The notes under the pieces: generated by a model
Database searches by the model: none
What the model was told of the DNA's origin: nothing
The model's input: only the letters and a program-made list of their open reading frames with translations
Made by a program: the position numbers and the translations under genes
Shown: piece by piece, positions 38,903 to 50,200 of the stretch
Layout: every line of letters starts with the position of its first letter
Position numbering within the stretch: the stretch's first letter is position 1
Origin: Candidatus Coprovivens sp.
GTDB lineage: Bacteria > Bacillota_I > Bacilli_A > RF39 > UBA660
Length of the DNA: 52,350 nucleotides
Assembly: GCA_051892935.1 (NCBI GenBank)
Contig: JBJFGS010000029.1
Coordinates: forward strand, 1 to 52,350
Direction: 5' to 3'

Positions 38903-39592
38903 TTATTTTTTCTTTGTATCTTGGCATCGACTATTTAGTTCTTCTTCAATAGTACGATTTGTTTCTTTTAGACTTTTTTTCATTAAGTTTTCTATTTCTT
39001 TATATAGTTTTTTATTAGCTTTAGACAAGTCTTCATCTTTTTCTACTTTAAATGGTTTTCCTACTCTAAACATTAGGTTTTTACTTCTAAAGCAGTAGTC
39101 ACCTGTTAAACTACAAGGAATTATTGTTGCTCCTGTTTTTTGGGCCATTGATACTGTACCAAATTTAAAGTCTAGTAAGAATTTGTCGTTTGTCTTGTTA
39201 CGTGTTCCTTCTGGGAATAGTCCTACTGCTCCATCTAGTTCTAGGACTTCTAGAGCTGCAGCTTTGGCTGCATCATCATGAATTGATCTATCAACAGGGA
39301 TGCAACCAGCTAGGCGAAAAAACCAAGCATTTTTACCATCGAAGTATTCTTTTTTGGCCATGTATCGAATTGGTCTTTTTGTAGCCATTATGGCAAAACA
39401 TTGATCGAAAACATGTTTATGATTACATACTATTAATATGGGTCCTTCTTTTGGGATTGCATCTTTATTAATTATTTTAGGATTATAGTATATTTTAAAT
39501 ATTAGTCTTGCTAAGGGTGAGAATATTTTAAATGCTGTTTCATGTTTTCTTTTATTTTTTGCCATAACGTTCCTCCGCTCTTGCTTCCGCAT
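38903..39592 (-). CDS. plsC: PlsC-family lysophospholipid acyltransferase (second copy)
   Basis: NHKHVFD (HX4D), YMAK, FPEGTR; start probably 39565. Confidence 0.9.
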   Translation of the reverse strand: MRKQERRNVMAKNKRKHETAFKIFSPLARLIFKIYYNPKIINKDAIPKEGPILIVCNHKHVFDQCFAIMATKRPIRYMAKKEYFDGKNAWFFRLAGCIPVDRSIHDDAAKAAALEVLELDGAVGLFPEGTRNKTNDKFLLDFKFGTVSMAQKTGATIIPCSLTGDYCFRSKNLMFRVGKPFKVEKDEDLSKANKKLYKEIENLMKKSLKETNRTIEEELNSRCQDTKKK

Positions 39593-41333
39593 TTTCTTGT
39601 TGGAGTTTTCTAAAGTCTACTTTACCTATCATAGTTTTTGGTAAACTCTTTCTAAATTCAAATTCTTTTGGGATTGAATATGCAGCTAGGTTTTTCTTAC
39701 ATAGTTCTGTTAGTTCTGCTCTTAATTTAGGTGTATCTTTGTATCCTTTTTTTAAAGCTATATATACTTTTGGTACTTCTACTTTATATGGATGAGGAAT
39801 TCCTATTACTGAGCAATCTACTACTGCTTCGTGTTTTTCAATAACTTCTTCTATTTGAGATGGATAAACATTATATCCTGATGTTACTATCATACGTTTT
39901 AATCTTTGTTTATATGTTATATAACCATCTTTATCCATAGAAGCTATATCTCCACTATGTAACCAAATGTTTCCATCTTTGTGAATATGTAGAGCTTCGT
40001 TGGTTTCTTTTTCATTGTTGTAATAACCCAACATAACTGTTGGTCCACATATACATATTTCACCATCTTCATCTATTCCAACTTCTTCATCTGTACCTGG
40101 TTTTACTATTTTTATATAGTTTCCTGGGAATGGAATACCTATTGTTCCAGGACGTGATGCATATTTTTGATCTAAACATACTGCTGCTACTGCTTCTGTC
40201 ATGCCGTAACCTTGAAGAATATTGGCATTGGCTCCATGTTCATGTAAGAAATCATTAATCTTTTTAATACGAGCTTTATTTAGAGTGTCTCCTCCAGATA
40301 TAACGTATTTTAAATATGATAAGTTGACATCTTTCATACGTTCGTTAGTTGTTAGTGCTTCAAATAGTGTTGGTACTCCAACTAAAACTGTTGGTTTATA
40401 TTTAGTTAGTAGTTTATCAAATTCGCTAGCTTTGAATTGGGGAATTAGAACTACTTTAGCACCAAATGATAATACATCATTTATACTAACTGATAGACCA
40501 AATCCATGGAAGATTGGCATGATTGCTAAGACAGAGTCTTCTGATGTAATGTCTTTTAAAAAAGTGTGAACTTGTTCTACGGCAGCATTGAAATTACCAT
40601 TTGATAGTACTATTCCTTTTGGCGTACCTGTTGTTCCTCCACTATGTAATATAACGGCAGGAGTATCTCTATTAGTTATTTCAGCTACTTTATCTTTTGA
40701 ATAGTTTTCGCCTAGTTCAATAAATTCTTTCCAATATATAAAGTCTTTATTATTTCTTTTTGGTTTTTCTACTTTATATCCTTGAGTTACTTCGTATCCA
40801 ATTTTTAGATAGATGGGCATAGAATCTTTAGCTGAAATAATAATAGTTCTATATACTTCTGTTTCTTCTAGGATATTTTTGATTTTAGAATATGTGATAT
40901 CCATTGCTACTAGCATAGCTGTTGAATATCTTTGAAGTGCTTCTTTTATTTCATTTTCTGATGATAATGGATGAACCATATTAGCAACAGCACCTATTTT
41001 ATTTAGGGCATAGAAGGAAATAATTGCTTCGGGAGTATTGGCAGATAGGATTGTTACTACGTCTCCTCTTCTTACTCCTTGAGTACGAAATGCTCTTGCA
41101 CATTTATCAATTTTTCTAAAAAATTCTTGATATGTTATTTTTGTTCCATAGTATTCTAATGCTATATTATCTTTATAGTTGTTTTCTAAGGATTTATTTT
41201 TTAGTAATTGATAAATTGATACATTAGGAACATCTAGGTTCATTGTTTTTTTATTATAGTATTTAGCCCATCTAGCATTTGGTTTTTTCTTTATACCGAT
41301 AAGACTCCAAAATTTCATATCTAAAATACTCAT
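39552..41333 (-). CDS. Long-chain acyl-CoA (or acyl-ACP) synthetase, AMP-binding family
   Basis: HSGGTTGTPKG, GYGMTE, HSGD, PKTMIGK. Confidence 0.92.
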   Translation of the reverse strand: MSILDMKFWSLIGIKKKPNARWAKYYNKKTMNLDVPNVSIYQLLKNKSLENNYKDNIALEYYGTKITYQEFFRKIDKCARAFRTQGVRRGDVVTILSANTPEAIISFYALNKIGAVANMVHPLSSENEIKEALQRYSTAMLVAMDITYSKIKNILEETEVYRTIIISAKDSMPIYLKIGYEVTQGYKVEKPKRNNKDFIYWKEFIELGENYSKDKVAEITNRDTPAVILHSGGTTGTPKGIVLSNGNFNAAVEQVHTFLKDITSEDSVLAIMPIFHGFGLSVSINDVLSFGAKVVLIPQFKASEFDKLLTKYKPTVLVGVPTLFEALTTNERMKDVNLSYLKYVISGGDTLNKARIKKINDFLHEHGANANILQGYGMTEAVAAVCLDQKYASRPGTIGIPFPGNYIKIVKPGTDEEVGIDEDGEICICGPTVMLGYYNNEKETNEALHIHKDGNIWLHSGDIASMDKDGYITYKQRLKRMIVTSGYNVYPSQIEEVIEKHEAVVDCSVIGIPHPYKVEVPKVYIALKKGYKDTPKLRAELTELCKKNLAAYSIPKEFEFRKSLPKTMIGKVDFRKLQQENAEARAEERYGKK

Positions 41334-41334
41334 A

Positions 41335-41916
41335 TTAACTCCTCTTTTCTTCTAACTTAGTACTTATTGTTTTCATAAGACGTTCATTTTCTTTAGTTAG
41401 ATTATCACTTTTTATTTCGATTGGTTCTAAGAACTCAATTGTTACACTTTTTTTAAATATTTTGTATTTTCCTGTTATTATGAAAGGAACAATTTGGCTA
41501 TTTGTTTCTTTTGACATTTTTACTGCTCCTATTTTAAATGGCATTATTATATCGTTTGTTCTATTTATTGTTCCTTCGGGGAATATTCCTATTACTTTGT
41601 CTTGTTCTAAAGTATTTATAGCACTTTTTAAAGCGTTTTTATCGTGTATTGAACGATTTACAGGTATTATCCCCATTGCTTTAAATATAGGACCTAAAGG
41701 ACCTTTTGTTAGGGAGTCTTTTGCTAGGAAGTGAACTATTCTTTTGGTACTACTAATTAATAATACACTATCAAAGTTGTTTGTATGATTACCAGCAAGG
41801 ACTACTCGACCACTTTTTGGTATATTTTCTAAACCTATGTATGTTGGTCTAAATACTAGTTTTACTAATAATGTTATTATTGGTCTTAATATACAGTATA
41901 GAAGTGGTTCTTTCAT
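41335..41916 (-). CDS. plsC: PlsC-family lysophospholipid acyltransferase (first copy)
   Basis: NHTNNFD (HX4D), FLAK, FPEGT. Confidence 0.9.
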   Translation of the reverse strand: MKEPLLYCILRPIITLLVKLVFRPTYIGLENIPKSGRVVLAGNHTNNFDSVLLISSTKRIVHFLAKDSLTKGPLGPIFKAMGIIPVNRSIHDKNALKSAINTLEQDKVIGIFPEGTINRTNDIIMPFKIGAVKMSKETNSQIVPFIITGKYKIFKKSVTIEFLEPIEIKSDNLTKENERLMKTISTKLEEKRS

Positions 41917-41918
41917 AG

Positions 41919-43250
41919 TTAGTCCTCCTTATGGGCATCTATTGTAAATATTATACTAAATCCACCTTGTTTATTATTTTCAGCTTTTATAGTACCATTA
42001 TGTGATTCTACTATTTCTTTACAAATAGAAAGGCCTAAACCACTAATTTTTCTACTTTTATCTGTAGTATAAAGTGGTTCAAATATTTTTTGTAAGTCTT
42101 CTTTACATCCTGGACCATTATCTGCTATTTCAAAGTTAATTTTACCATTTTTTTGTTCATTTATGTTAATTATTATTTGTTTTTTATCTTTATCAAGGTG
42201 TCTTATACTATTTGTAATTGTATTACTAAATATTCTTTTGAATTTTGATAGGTCAACTGCTATTAGTTCATTTGGACAGTTCGTTTTTACTTTGAAGTCA
42301 ATTTCTTTTTCTTTTAGATCTTCTTTGTAGTAATCGTTTAAGTAATCTATTAGGTGTGTTATTGATATTGTTTCTACTTTTTTAGGATCTTTTATATTAC
42401 AACTTAAGTAGTCGTCGAATTCTTCGACTATTTCTTTCATTACTAATGATTTATTATGAATAGTGGATGCGTATTTTTGTTTTGTTTTATCAGGAAGTTT
42501 TTCATTGTTTAATAATAATTCTGAATAGCCTAATATGCTTGTTAGTGGAGTTTTTATGTCATGCGAAATAGAAGCAATTATTCTATTTTGTTTGGCTTTT
42601 TCTTCTTCTAGTTCTGATACTAAGTCAACAAAGTCATTTTGAAGTATATCTATTCCTCCACGAATTTTTCTTTTTTTAGGAAGAATTCCTAGTTTATAGT
42701 TTGAAAAATCTTTTGATAGTTGTGATATTGGATCTAATATTTTACTATTAGCTCCTAAGACACCAGTGGAAGCAAGAATTATGATTATTATTAATTCAAA
42801 TGCGAAAAAATCTAATATAGTATTAACTCCTATAATATCTTGTTTTTGGCTAACTGTTAGAAGATATATTTCGTTGTCTTTTTCTATTATTTTTGAGACA
42901 ACGATATTACTACCTGGTTTTTTGGATTCTTTATATGTATAGATTTTTATTGTTTCGTTATTTTTATTACTTATTTCTATTCTAATATTATTATCTATAG
43001 CAAAACTTTCTAATTCTTTTTCTAATTCTTTTTCTAATTCTTTTATCGATTTTTCGGAAATTATTTCACTGATAGTTTCTATTTTTTTATTTAGTTCGTT
43101 TCTTACTTCGTTATGATGTTCGTTTACAGTGTGATTTAGATGGATTGAGTAATATCCACCTATTAGAAGTAGATTGAATAGAACAATTATAATAACTCCT
43201 ATTATAAAACCTTTTCTTAAAGTAATTTTATTCTTTATATAGCTAAACAT
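41919..43250 (-). CDS. Sensor histidine kinase
   Basis: 2 TMs, SHDIKTPL H-box, DNGPG, SGLGLSI. Confidence 0.93.
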   Translation of the reverse strand: MFSYIKNKITLRKGFIIGVIIIVLFNLLLIGGYYSIHLNHTVNEHHNEVRNELNKKIETISEIISEKSIKELEKELEKELESFAIDNNIRIEISNKNNETIKIYTYKESKKPGSNIVVSKIIEKDNEIYLLTVSQKQDIIGVNTILDFFAFELIIIIILASTGVLGANSKILDPISQLSKDFSNYKLGILPKKRKIRGGIDILQNDFVDLVSELEEEKAKQNRIIASISHDIKTPLTSILGYSELLLNNEKLPDKTKQKYASTIHNKSLVMKEIVEEFDDYLSCNIKDPKKVETISITHLIDYLNDYYKEDLKEKEIDFKVKTNCPNELIAVDLSKFKRIFSNTITNSIRHLDKDKKQIIININEQKNGKINFEIADNGPGCKEDLQKIFEPLYTTDKSRKISGLGLSICKEIVESHNGTIKAENNKQGGFSIIFTIDAHKED

Positions 43251-43935
43251 TGTCTTTTACCTTAATAAATTTATATCCTAAACCCCAAATAGTAATTATG
43301 TATTTTTCTTCTTGATCTAGTTTTTTTCGTAAACTTTTGATGTTAACTGCTACTGTTCCTATATCGCCATATTCAGTTTTCCATACTGAGTTATATATTT
43401 GTTCTTTTGATAAAACGTTTCCAGCATTTGACATTAGGTATGATAGAAGTTCAAATTCTTTAGTTGATAATGTTACTAGTTCACCATTCTTTTTTACTTC
43501 ATAGCTTTCTTTATTTATTTCTATTTCACCTATTCTTATTATGTTATTTGGTGTATTGTTTGTACGATTGTCTCTTCTAATATGAGCTTTTACTCTTGCA
43601 ACTAATTCTTCTATTACAAATGGTTTTGTTATGTAGTCATCAGCTCCTATTTCAAATCCTAGTAGTTTGTCTAATGTTTGATTCTTAGCTGTAACAAATA
43701 TTATAGGACATGACACTAGTTCTCTTATTTTACTACATGTTTCTATTCCTGATATGTTAGGCATCATTATATCTAAGAGAATTAAATCGTATGAAGTGTT
43801 TTTTATTTCTTCAATAGCTGAATAGCCATCATTTTTTATTGTTGTATCAAAACCAGAATCTATTAGGACATCGCTTATTAATTCTGCGATGTCTTGTTCA
43901 TCGTCTACTATCAATATTTTTGCCATATTAATCAC
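43243..43935 (-). CDS. OmpR-family response regulator
   Basis: IVDDE, LLDIMMP, GADDYITKPF, winged helix ending WGLGYKF. Confidence 0.95.
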   Translation of the reverse strand: MINMAKILIVDDEQDIAELISDVLIDSGFDTTIKNDGYSAIEEIKNTSYDLILLDIMMPNISGIETCSKIRELVSCPIIFVTAKNQTLDKLLGFEIGADDYITKPFVIEELVARVKAHIRRDNRTNNTPNNIIRIGEIEINKESYEVKKNGELVTLSTKEFELLSYLMSNAGNVLSKEQIYNSVWKTEYGDIGTVAVNIKSLRKKLDQEEKYIITIWGLGYKFIKVKDNV

Positions 43936-44044
43936 CTTTTTTATATTTTATCATATTTCTTACATACATTTTTTATTATAATTGATAAATATTAAAATAC
44001 TTAAAGAAGATTATTAAAAATTATTAAAAAAAAGCTAAATGTAT

Positions 44045-44824
44045 TTAGCTTTTTATAAGGTTATAATGGATATCTAGTGTTTTATTATAAGCAATGGCTG
44101 TTCCATCGTTTCTAATCATTAAAATATACCACCATGTTTCATTTTTAGCTAGGTCTTCTTCGGTCATATTGGTATTGGCTTTAAAAGAATATGTAGGAAG
44201 AAGATTCATCGAATAAACATTTTCTATTTTTATATCAGTAAATGTTGTATAAAATTCTTCTTCGGTATATCCCATTTCATTTAGAGCATCAAGGCCTTTT
44301 TTGTAATTGTATGTACCGCTATAGTAATTGTTTTTTAAATCATCATAGTATTCATACCAATAGAAGTTATTGTTATCATCAAAGGTAAATAAACTATTAT
44401 TTGATGTACGCCAACTACCTATGTTTTTTGATGTTGTTTTATTATTAGAAATATTATTATTTGGAATACTCGATTCTTGTTCTTTAGAAGAAATGATTTT
44501 TATAATTAAGAATATATTTATTATTAGTAGTAATGATACTAGAACTATTTTTATAGATGATAGTATTTGATTTTTTTTTATTGTTTGCTTTTCTTCTATT
44601 GGTTTTGGTGATTTAACTGGTTTTACTTTTAATGGTATTGGTTTTATTTTTATTTCTTCAGTTAATTCTAATGATTCGGTAGTTGTTATTTTATTAGGAG
44701 TTTTTATGATATCAGGTTGTTTTTCTATTTGATCTTTTATTTTTTTGGGTAGTATAAATCCACAATATTTACATTTTCTAGCATTGTTATTAATACCAAG
44801 GTTGCATTTAGGACATCGTTTCAT
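44045..44824 (-). CDS. Zinc-ribbon membrane protein
   Basis: CPKC...CKYCG at the N-terminus, a single TM, extracellular domain. Confidence 0.8.
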   Translation of the reverse strand: MKRCPKCNLGINNNARKCKYCGFILPKKIKDQIEKQPDIIKTPNKITTTESLELTEEIKIKPIPLKVKPVKSPKPIEEKQTIKKNQILSSIKIVLVSLLLIINIFLIIKIISSKEQESSIPNNNISNNKTTSKNIGSWRTSNNSLFTFDDNNNFYWYEYYDDLKNNYYSGTYNYKKGLDALNEMGYTEEEFYTTFTDIKIENVYSMNLLPTYSFKANTNMTEEDLAKNETWWYILMIRNDGTAIAYNKTLDIHYNLIKS

Positions 44825-44874
44825 TAAACCACCTCTATTCTATTATTAATATTACCATTTTTTATAAAAAAAAA

Positions 44875-45753
44875 CTACTCTTTGATAGTTTTTTCTTCTG
44901 AATGGTGATATAAGTTAATATCAACGAATTTTATTTTGTAATTTAATTTTTTAATTTTTCTTTTTATTTCTGATTCTATTGTTAATAATTTGTAGACTTT
45001 GATATTTTTTAGAACATATACTTCTAGTTCTAGTACATAGTAACTGCCATGTCTTTCAAGATCCATATCTTTATAATCAATTTCTTGATATAGTTGTAAA
45101 ATATTTTTTATTTCTTTTTCGATTTCTTTATTATCTTCTGTTTCTCCAAGGAGAAAAGCTATGTTTTCTTTCATAATACCATATCCAGTATGTAAAATAC
45201 TTAGACCTATAATAATACTACCTATTGTATCAGTATATTTTAATAAAGGTATTTGTTCTTGAAATTGAGATATTACTATTATAATTATTACTCCTAGTGA
45301 TGATATGGCATCATCATATGATTCTTTACTAGAAGTAATAAGGATAGGACTTTTGTATTCAGTACCTTTTTTTAGTAGATAGTTTGAATTTATTACTTTT
45401 AAGATAATAGTAAAGATAACAACGATTATCCACATTACATTAGTAGTTGTTGGTTCTTTTACGAAAGCATTATATATACTATATACTCCTAGAAGAAGGA
45501 TTGTTGTTGCAATAAAGATGTCTGTTATATATTCGAATCTACCATAACCATCCGGATGTTTTTTGTTAGCTCTTTTTTGACTGAATTTTGAACCGAATAA
45601 AGCTACTATATCAGTAATAAAATCTGATAATGAGTGGAATCCATCTGCAACCATGGATTTACTTTGACAGATAAATCCAGTTATTATTTTTAAAAATGAA
45701 ACCATAAAATTTATTAACATGCTAGTTATTAATACTCTTCCTTCTTTTGTCAT
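44875..45753 (-). CDS. Cation diffusion facilitator (FieF-like) transporter
   Basis: ADGFHSLSD, HPDGYGRFE, 6 TM plus C-terminal domain. Confidence 0.92.
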   Translation of the reverse strand: MTKEGRVLITSMLINFMVSFLKIITGFICQSKSMVADGFHSLSDFITDIVALFGSKFSQKRANKKHPDGYGRFEYITDIFIATTILLLGVYSIYNAFVKEPTTTNVMWIIVVIFTIILKVINSNYLLKKGTEYKSPILITSSKESYDDAISSLGVIIIIVISQFQEQIPLLKYTDTIGSIIIGLSILHTGYGIMKENIAFLLGETEDNKEIEKEIKNILQLYQEIDYKDMDLERHGSYYVLELEVYVLKNIKVYKLLTIESEIKRKIKKLNYKIKFVDINLYHHSEEKTIKE

Positions 45754-45805
45754 AATATCACTACTTTCTATTTTATTATAAGAAAAAACTTGTTAAAACA
45801 AGTTT

Positions 45806-46843
45806 TTATTCATCGTATTCATATTCTTCTTCGTCATCGTTATCAATGTATTCTTTTATTATATAGTTATAGCTATCTGAGCAGATGTCTCCTAAATCTT
45901 TTTCGGCAGCCCATCCTAGTTTTCTAATTGAGTAGTCAGGATCGGCAAAGCAGATTGGAGCATCACCTTTTCTTCTTTCTTTTATTGTATAATTTATTTT
46001 TACATCGTTAACTGTTTCGAATATTTTTATAACATCTAGAACACTATGACTATAACCTGTTCCTAGATTGTAGCAATCGTATTCTCTAGTACTTAGAACT
46101 TTTTCTAAAGCTTTAACATGAGCTCTTGCTACATCGCAAACATGAGTATAATCTCTTCTACCGGTTCCATCTTCTGTATCATAGTCATTACCATATATTT
46201 CTAATTCTTCCATATTACCAGTTGCTACTTTAACTAAACGAGGTATTAAAGTACTTGGCATATCATCGATATTTTCACCTAATAAACCTGTTGGATGTGC
46301 TCCAGCTGGGTTAAAATGTCTTAATACGGCAATGCTCCATATAGGGTCATTTTCATAAACATCGAGTAATATTTTTTCACACATCATTTTTGAATAGCCG
46401 ATGATGTTATCTGGAGATGGATCAGCTGATTCGCTTATTTGAGATTTATGTTCATCTCCATAGACCATTGCACTGGATCCGAATACAAGTTTTTTACAAT
46501 TGTATTCGTTCATAACTTCTATTAAATTAATAGTAGCTGCAACATTATTTCGATAAAAATCAATAGCATTCTTATTAGCTTTATCTAAGCCTTTTTCTCC
46601 TGCTAAATGGATTACTGCTGCTATTTCATTTTCTGAGAAAATTGTTTTTAATGCTTCTTTATCACATAAGTCATCTTCATATACAGTTATTTCTTTATTA
46701 GTTATTTTTTCTATTCTTGAAGGAACATTTTTTTTAGAATTTGATAAGTTATCTATTACAATAACATCATAATTATTGTTTAATAATTCTACGCAAGTAT
46801 GTGATCCTATGTAACCACAACCGCCTGTTACTAGTACTTTCAT
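45806..46843 (-). CDS. galE: UDP-glucose 4-epimerase (GalE)-like SDR lacking the catalytic Tyr
   Basis: TGGCGYIGSH, SSAMVYG, RHFNPAGAH, DGTGRRDY, NLGTG; YxxxK reads IGYSK. Confidence 0.85.
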   Translation of the reverse strand: MKVLVTGGCGYIGSHTCVELLNNNYDVIVIDNLSNSKKNVPSRIEKITNKEITVYEDDLCDKEALKTIFSENEIAAVIHLAGEKGLDKANKNAIDFYRNNVAATINLIEVMNEYNCKKLVFGSSAMVYGDEHKSQISESADPSPDNIIGYSKMMCEKILLDVYENDPIWSIAVLRHFNPAGAHPTGLLGENIDDMPSTLIPRLVKVATGNMEELEIYGNDYDTEDGTGRRDYTHVCDVARAHVKALEKVLSTREYDCYNLGTGYSHSVLDVIKIFETVNDVKINYTIKERRKGDAPICFADPDYSIRKLGWAAEKDLGDICSDSYNYIIKEYIDNDDEEEYEYDE

Positions 46844-46901
46844 ATTATCACTCCTAGGATAATTATAGCATAATTCCTTTATTTTAAATAAAAAAAGGAC
46901 A

Positions 46902-47189
46902 TTATTTTACGTCCTCATTTAAATACTCAATATTATTATTTAGAATTGCTTCAAGTTCTTCAGCTTCAACTGGAATATCATTATCAGCATTCCAAATAAT
47001 GATTTCAGTTATTAAAGCTTCTTTATTAAGTGATTTATAATGTTCAATTGGATAATTATGTAATTCTATTTCTTTGTAGATATCTTTCAAATCTAGAGAT
47101 TCTAATTCATATTTTAAGCTCAGTAAGTTTTCAGCATTCATGTGTCCGTATTTGTCATCAAGATAATTTAAATTGTTGTTTTTCTTCAT
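46902..47189 (-). CDS. Hypothetical protein
   Basis: 95-aa ORF with GAGGGAAG RBS. Confidence 0.65.
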   Translation of the reverse strand: MKKNNNLNYLDDKYGHMNAENLLSLKYELESLDLKDIYKEIELHNYPIEHYKSLNKEALITEIIIWNADNDIPVEAEELEAILNNNIEYLNEDVK

Positions 47190-47218
47190 ATTAACACTTC
47201 CCTCTTTGATTATAACAT

Positions 47219-50200
47219 TTATTCGACACTTTTTAAACTTTCTATCATGTTTATCTTTTTTAAAGTGAAATGAGTTATAAAGTTGACAATGAATGTAAAT
47301 GTTAGAGATATTATTGAATTATAAATATAGCTTTTTAAGCTTATTTCTCTTAAGAAACGACAGTTTTCCATTTCAACTGTTCCTATTACAAAATAAGTTA
47401 AAACATTTCCAAGTATTAAACCGAATGCTATACCAATTATTGTTAATATTAGATTTTCTTTTGTAATATAGTTATCTACTTCTTTATCATAAAATCCTAA
47501 TACTTTAAGTGTAGCTATTTCTCTTTTTCTTTCTGTTATGTTTATGTTTGATAAATTGTATAATACAACAAATGATAATGAAGCTGATAGAATTATTAAA
47601 ACAGCAATTATTTTATCTAGTGATTGTAACATATCTCGAGTACTATTCATTAAAGTTTCAGAATGTATTACATTTATTATTGAATCGTTTTTTAATAGTT
47701 CTGTTGATAGTTTTTCTTGTTCATTTATATTTAATTCTTTGTATGTATCAAAGAATATTGTATTTGGTTTATATTCTTTATATTGTTCTAATGTTGATTT
47801 ATCTAAATAAATATAATGCCCCATATAGTTTTTAACAATGTCTGATACTTTGAATTCATATTTATTTTTATCGCTATCTAAAATAGTTATTGTATCTCCT
47901 TTGGAAATATTATAAATATCTGCTATCTTATCTGTTATTAGAACTTCATTTGTAGTAAGTGTTACTTTATTGTTGTTTTTGTCTATAGTATTAATTATTT
48001 TAGATAGTTCTTTTTTATTATCTGTTATTAGCATTGTTATATCTGATTCATTTAGTGTTCCAGTTATTTGCTCTGATATTGTATAGTCTTTTATCATAGA
48101 ATTGTTAAATATATTTGGTATTTCTTCTACTTTGATATCGTTTGTATAAACAATCCCATCATAGATAAATGTTTCTCCATATTGCATGTGGGTTATGTCT
48201 ACTATGGAATCTTTTATACCGAAGCCACATAGCATTAATGCAGTACAACCTGTTATACCAATAATTGTAACCAATACTCTTTTTTTATAACGAAAAATAT
48301 TTCTAATAGTTATTTTTTTAGAAAAGTTTATATGGTTCCATATTATTTTTATTTTTTCAATTATTATTTTTTTACCTGAAGATGGAGCTTTAGGACGCAT
48401 TAGAGTTGCTGGTTTTTCTTTTAATACTTTTGTCGCTGTTATTATTGTTGCACCACAAATGCATATAATTGCTATTAAAATACTAGCTATACTAATTTTT
48501 AAATTTAGTCCAATATGGAAGTTAGGTAATATAAATAATAGTCTGTATATTATAAATATTAGATAAGGGATAGCTGTTAAACCAATTATGGTTCCTATTA
48601 TTCCTCCTATTAAGGTTGCTAATAATGAAAAACGAATGTATTTACTAATTATTTCTTGATTAGAAAATCCTAATGATTTTAGAGTTCCTATTTCTCCACG
48701 ATCATCTTCAACCATTCTGTTCATGGAGATAAGACTTACTAGTATTGCTACTGCATAGAATACTAGAGGAAATATTAGTGATAGATTTTTTATACTTTTT
48801 GTTTGATTTATATAGGAAGCATATGTTTGATTATCACTACGATTATATACATACCATGTTGGTTGTTTAATGGTATTAAGTTCTTCTTTTGCGTTTGCTA
48901 TTTCTTTAGTAAGTTTTTCTTTTCCTTCTTCGTATTCTTTTAAGCCATCTTCATATTCAGTTAATCCTTTATTATAAGAGGATAATCCTTTGTTATATTC
49001 TTTTAAGTATTTTTGATATAAAGAATAGTTTGTATTATATTCTTTTTCTCCTTTTAATAATGATGTCTTGGCATTATTTAGTAGTTCTAAGTTACTTTGT
49101 TGTTTTTTTAATTCTGTTAGTTGATTATAGTAAGTAGTGTATTCTTCAGATGTTTTATCTAAGGTAGAAAGTAGATTTTCAATATTAGATATATTAGTTT
49201 TAAGTAATTCTATATTAGATTGGATTTCTGATTCTTTTATATTGTATTGGTTTAAAGCTTGTTGATATTCTTTTTTGTTTTTATCTAGTTCTTTTTTGGC
49301 TTTTGTTAGTTCTGATTTAAAGGTATCAAGTTCCTTTTTAGAATTAGTTAGTTCTTTTTTGGCTTTGTCTAATTCTTTTTTAGCCTTATCTAATTTTTCT
49401 TTTGCTTCATTAAGTTCTTCTTGAGCTGTTTTTTCAGATTCTTCTATTTCTTCTAAGGCTTCATTATAAATACTATTATATCTTTTATCTTCTTGATTAT
49501 TTTTTATATTATCTATTTCGGTAGATATTTCTTCTACTATATTAAGATATTTTTCTTTTGATGTAGTTTCTTCGATAGCATTTTCTATAGTTATATAGAT
49601 ACTTGTGTAATATTCTTGATTAAAGTTTGATTTTGGAATATATGAATAGTAATTTACAGAACCTGTTCCTAAAGTAGAAGTACCTCTTGTTTGATTTACA
49701 GCAGTATTGTTAAAGTATAATGGACTTAGTATTGTTCCTACAATAGTTAGTTCTTTATTAGTGAATTCATCATCATCGATTGTTATTGTATCCCCTATTT
49801 TATAGCTGGTTTTGTTTATAAAATTTTCTTCTACTACTATTTCATTATCATTTAATGGAAGATGGCCTGCTATTAGTTCTATTTTATTGATATTCTCAGG
49901 TAGTGATGAAATGTTTATTACATATTCTGATTCTGAGTCGTTAATTAGAACATCTTTGCTATAAGAGCCTTCTATTTCTTTTATTTTTTTTATTTTTTGT
50001 AATGATTTGATATCTTCATCTACTAACCCCATTGTAGATATTATTTTTATATCATAAACGTTTTGTTTATCGTAATATCTATCTAAGGTATTTAGCATAT
50101 CTGGAGATGTTGCTTGAAGACCTGTGAATACTAATACTCCCAAAAGGCTCATTACTATTAATGATAGAAATCTTGGAAATGATTTTTTTATGGTACGTGA

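Noticed and set aside
43007-43045. 12-bp tandem repeat (ELEKELEKELE) in the histidine kinase
   Set aside because: Short in-frame coiled-coil microduplication; no sign of phase variation
43990-44032. TTATTAAAAA direct repeat as an OmpR-type autoregulatory box
   Set aside because: Pure A/T sequence with irregular spacing; indistinguishable from background
48880-49440. Repetitive KKELDKAKKEL sequence in the FtsX permease
   Set aside because: Ordinary coiled-coil insert typical of this permease family
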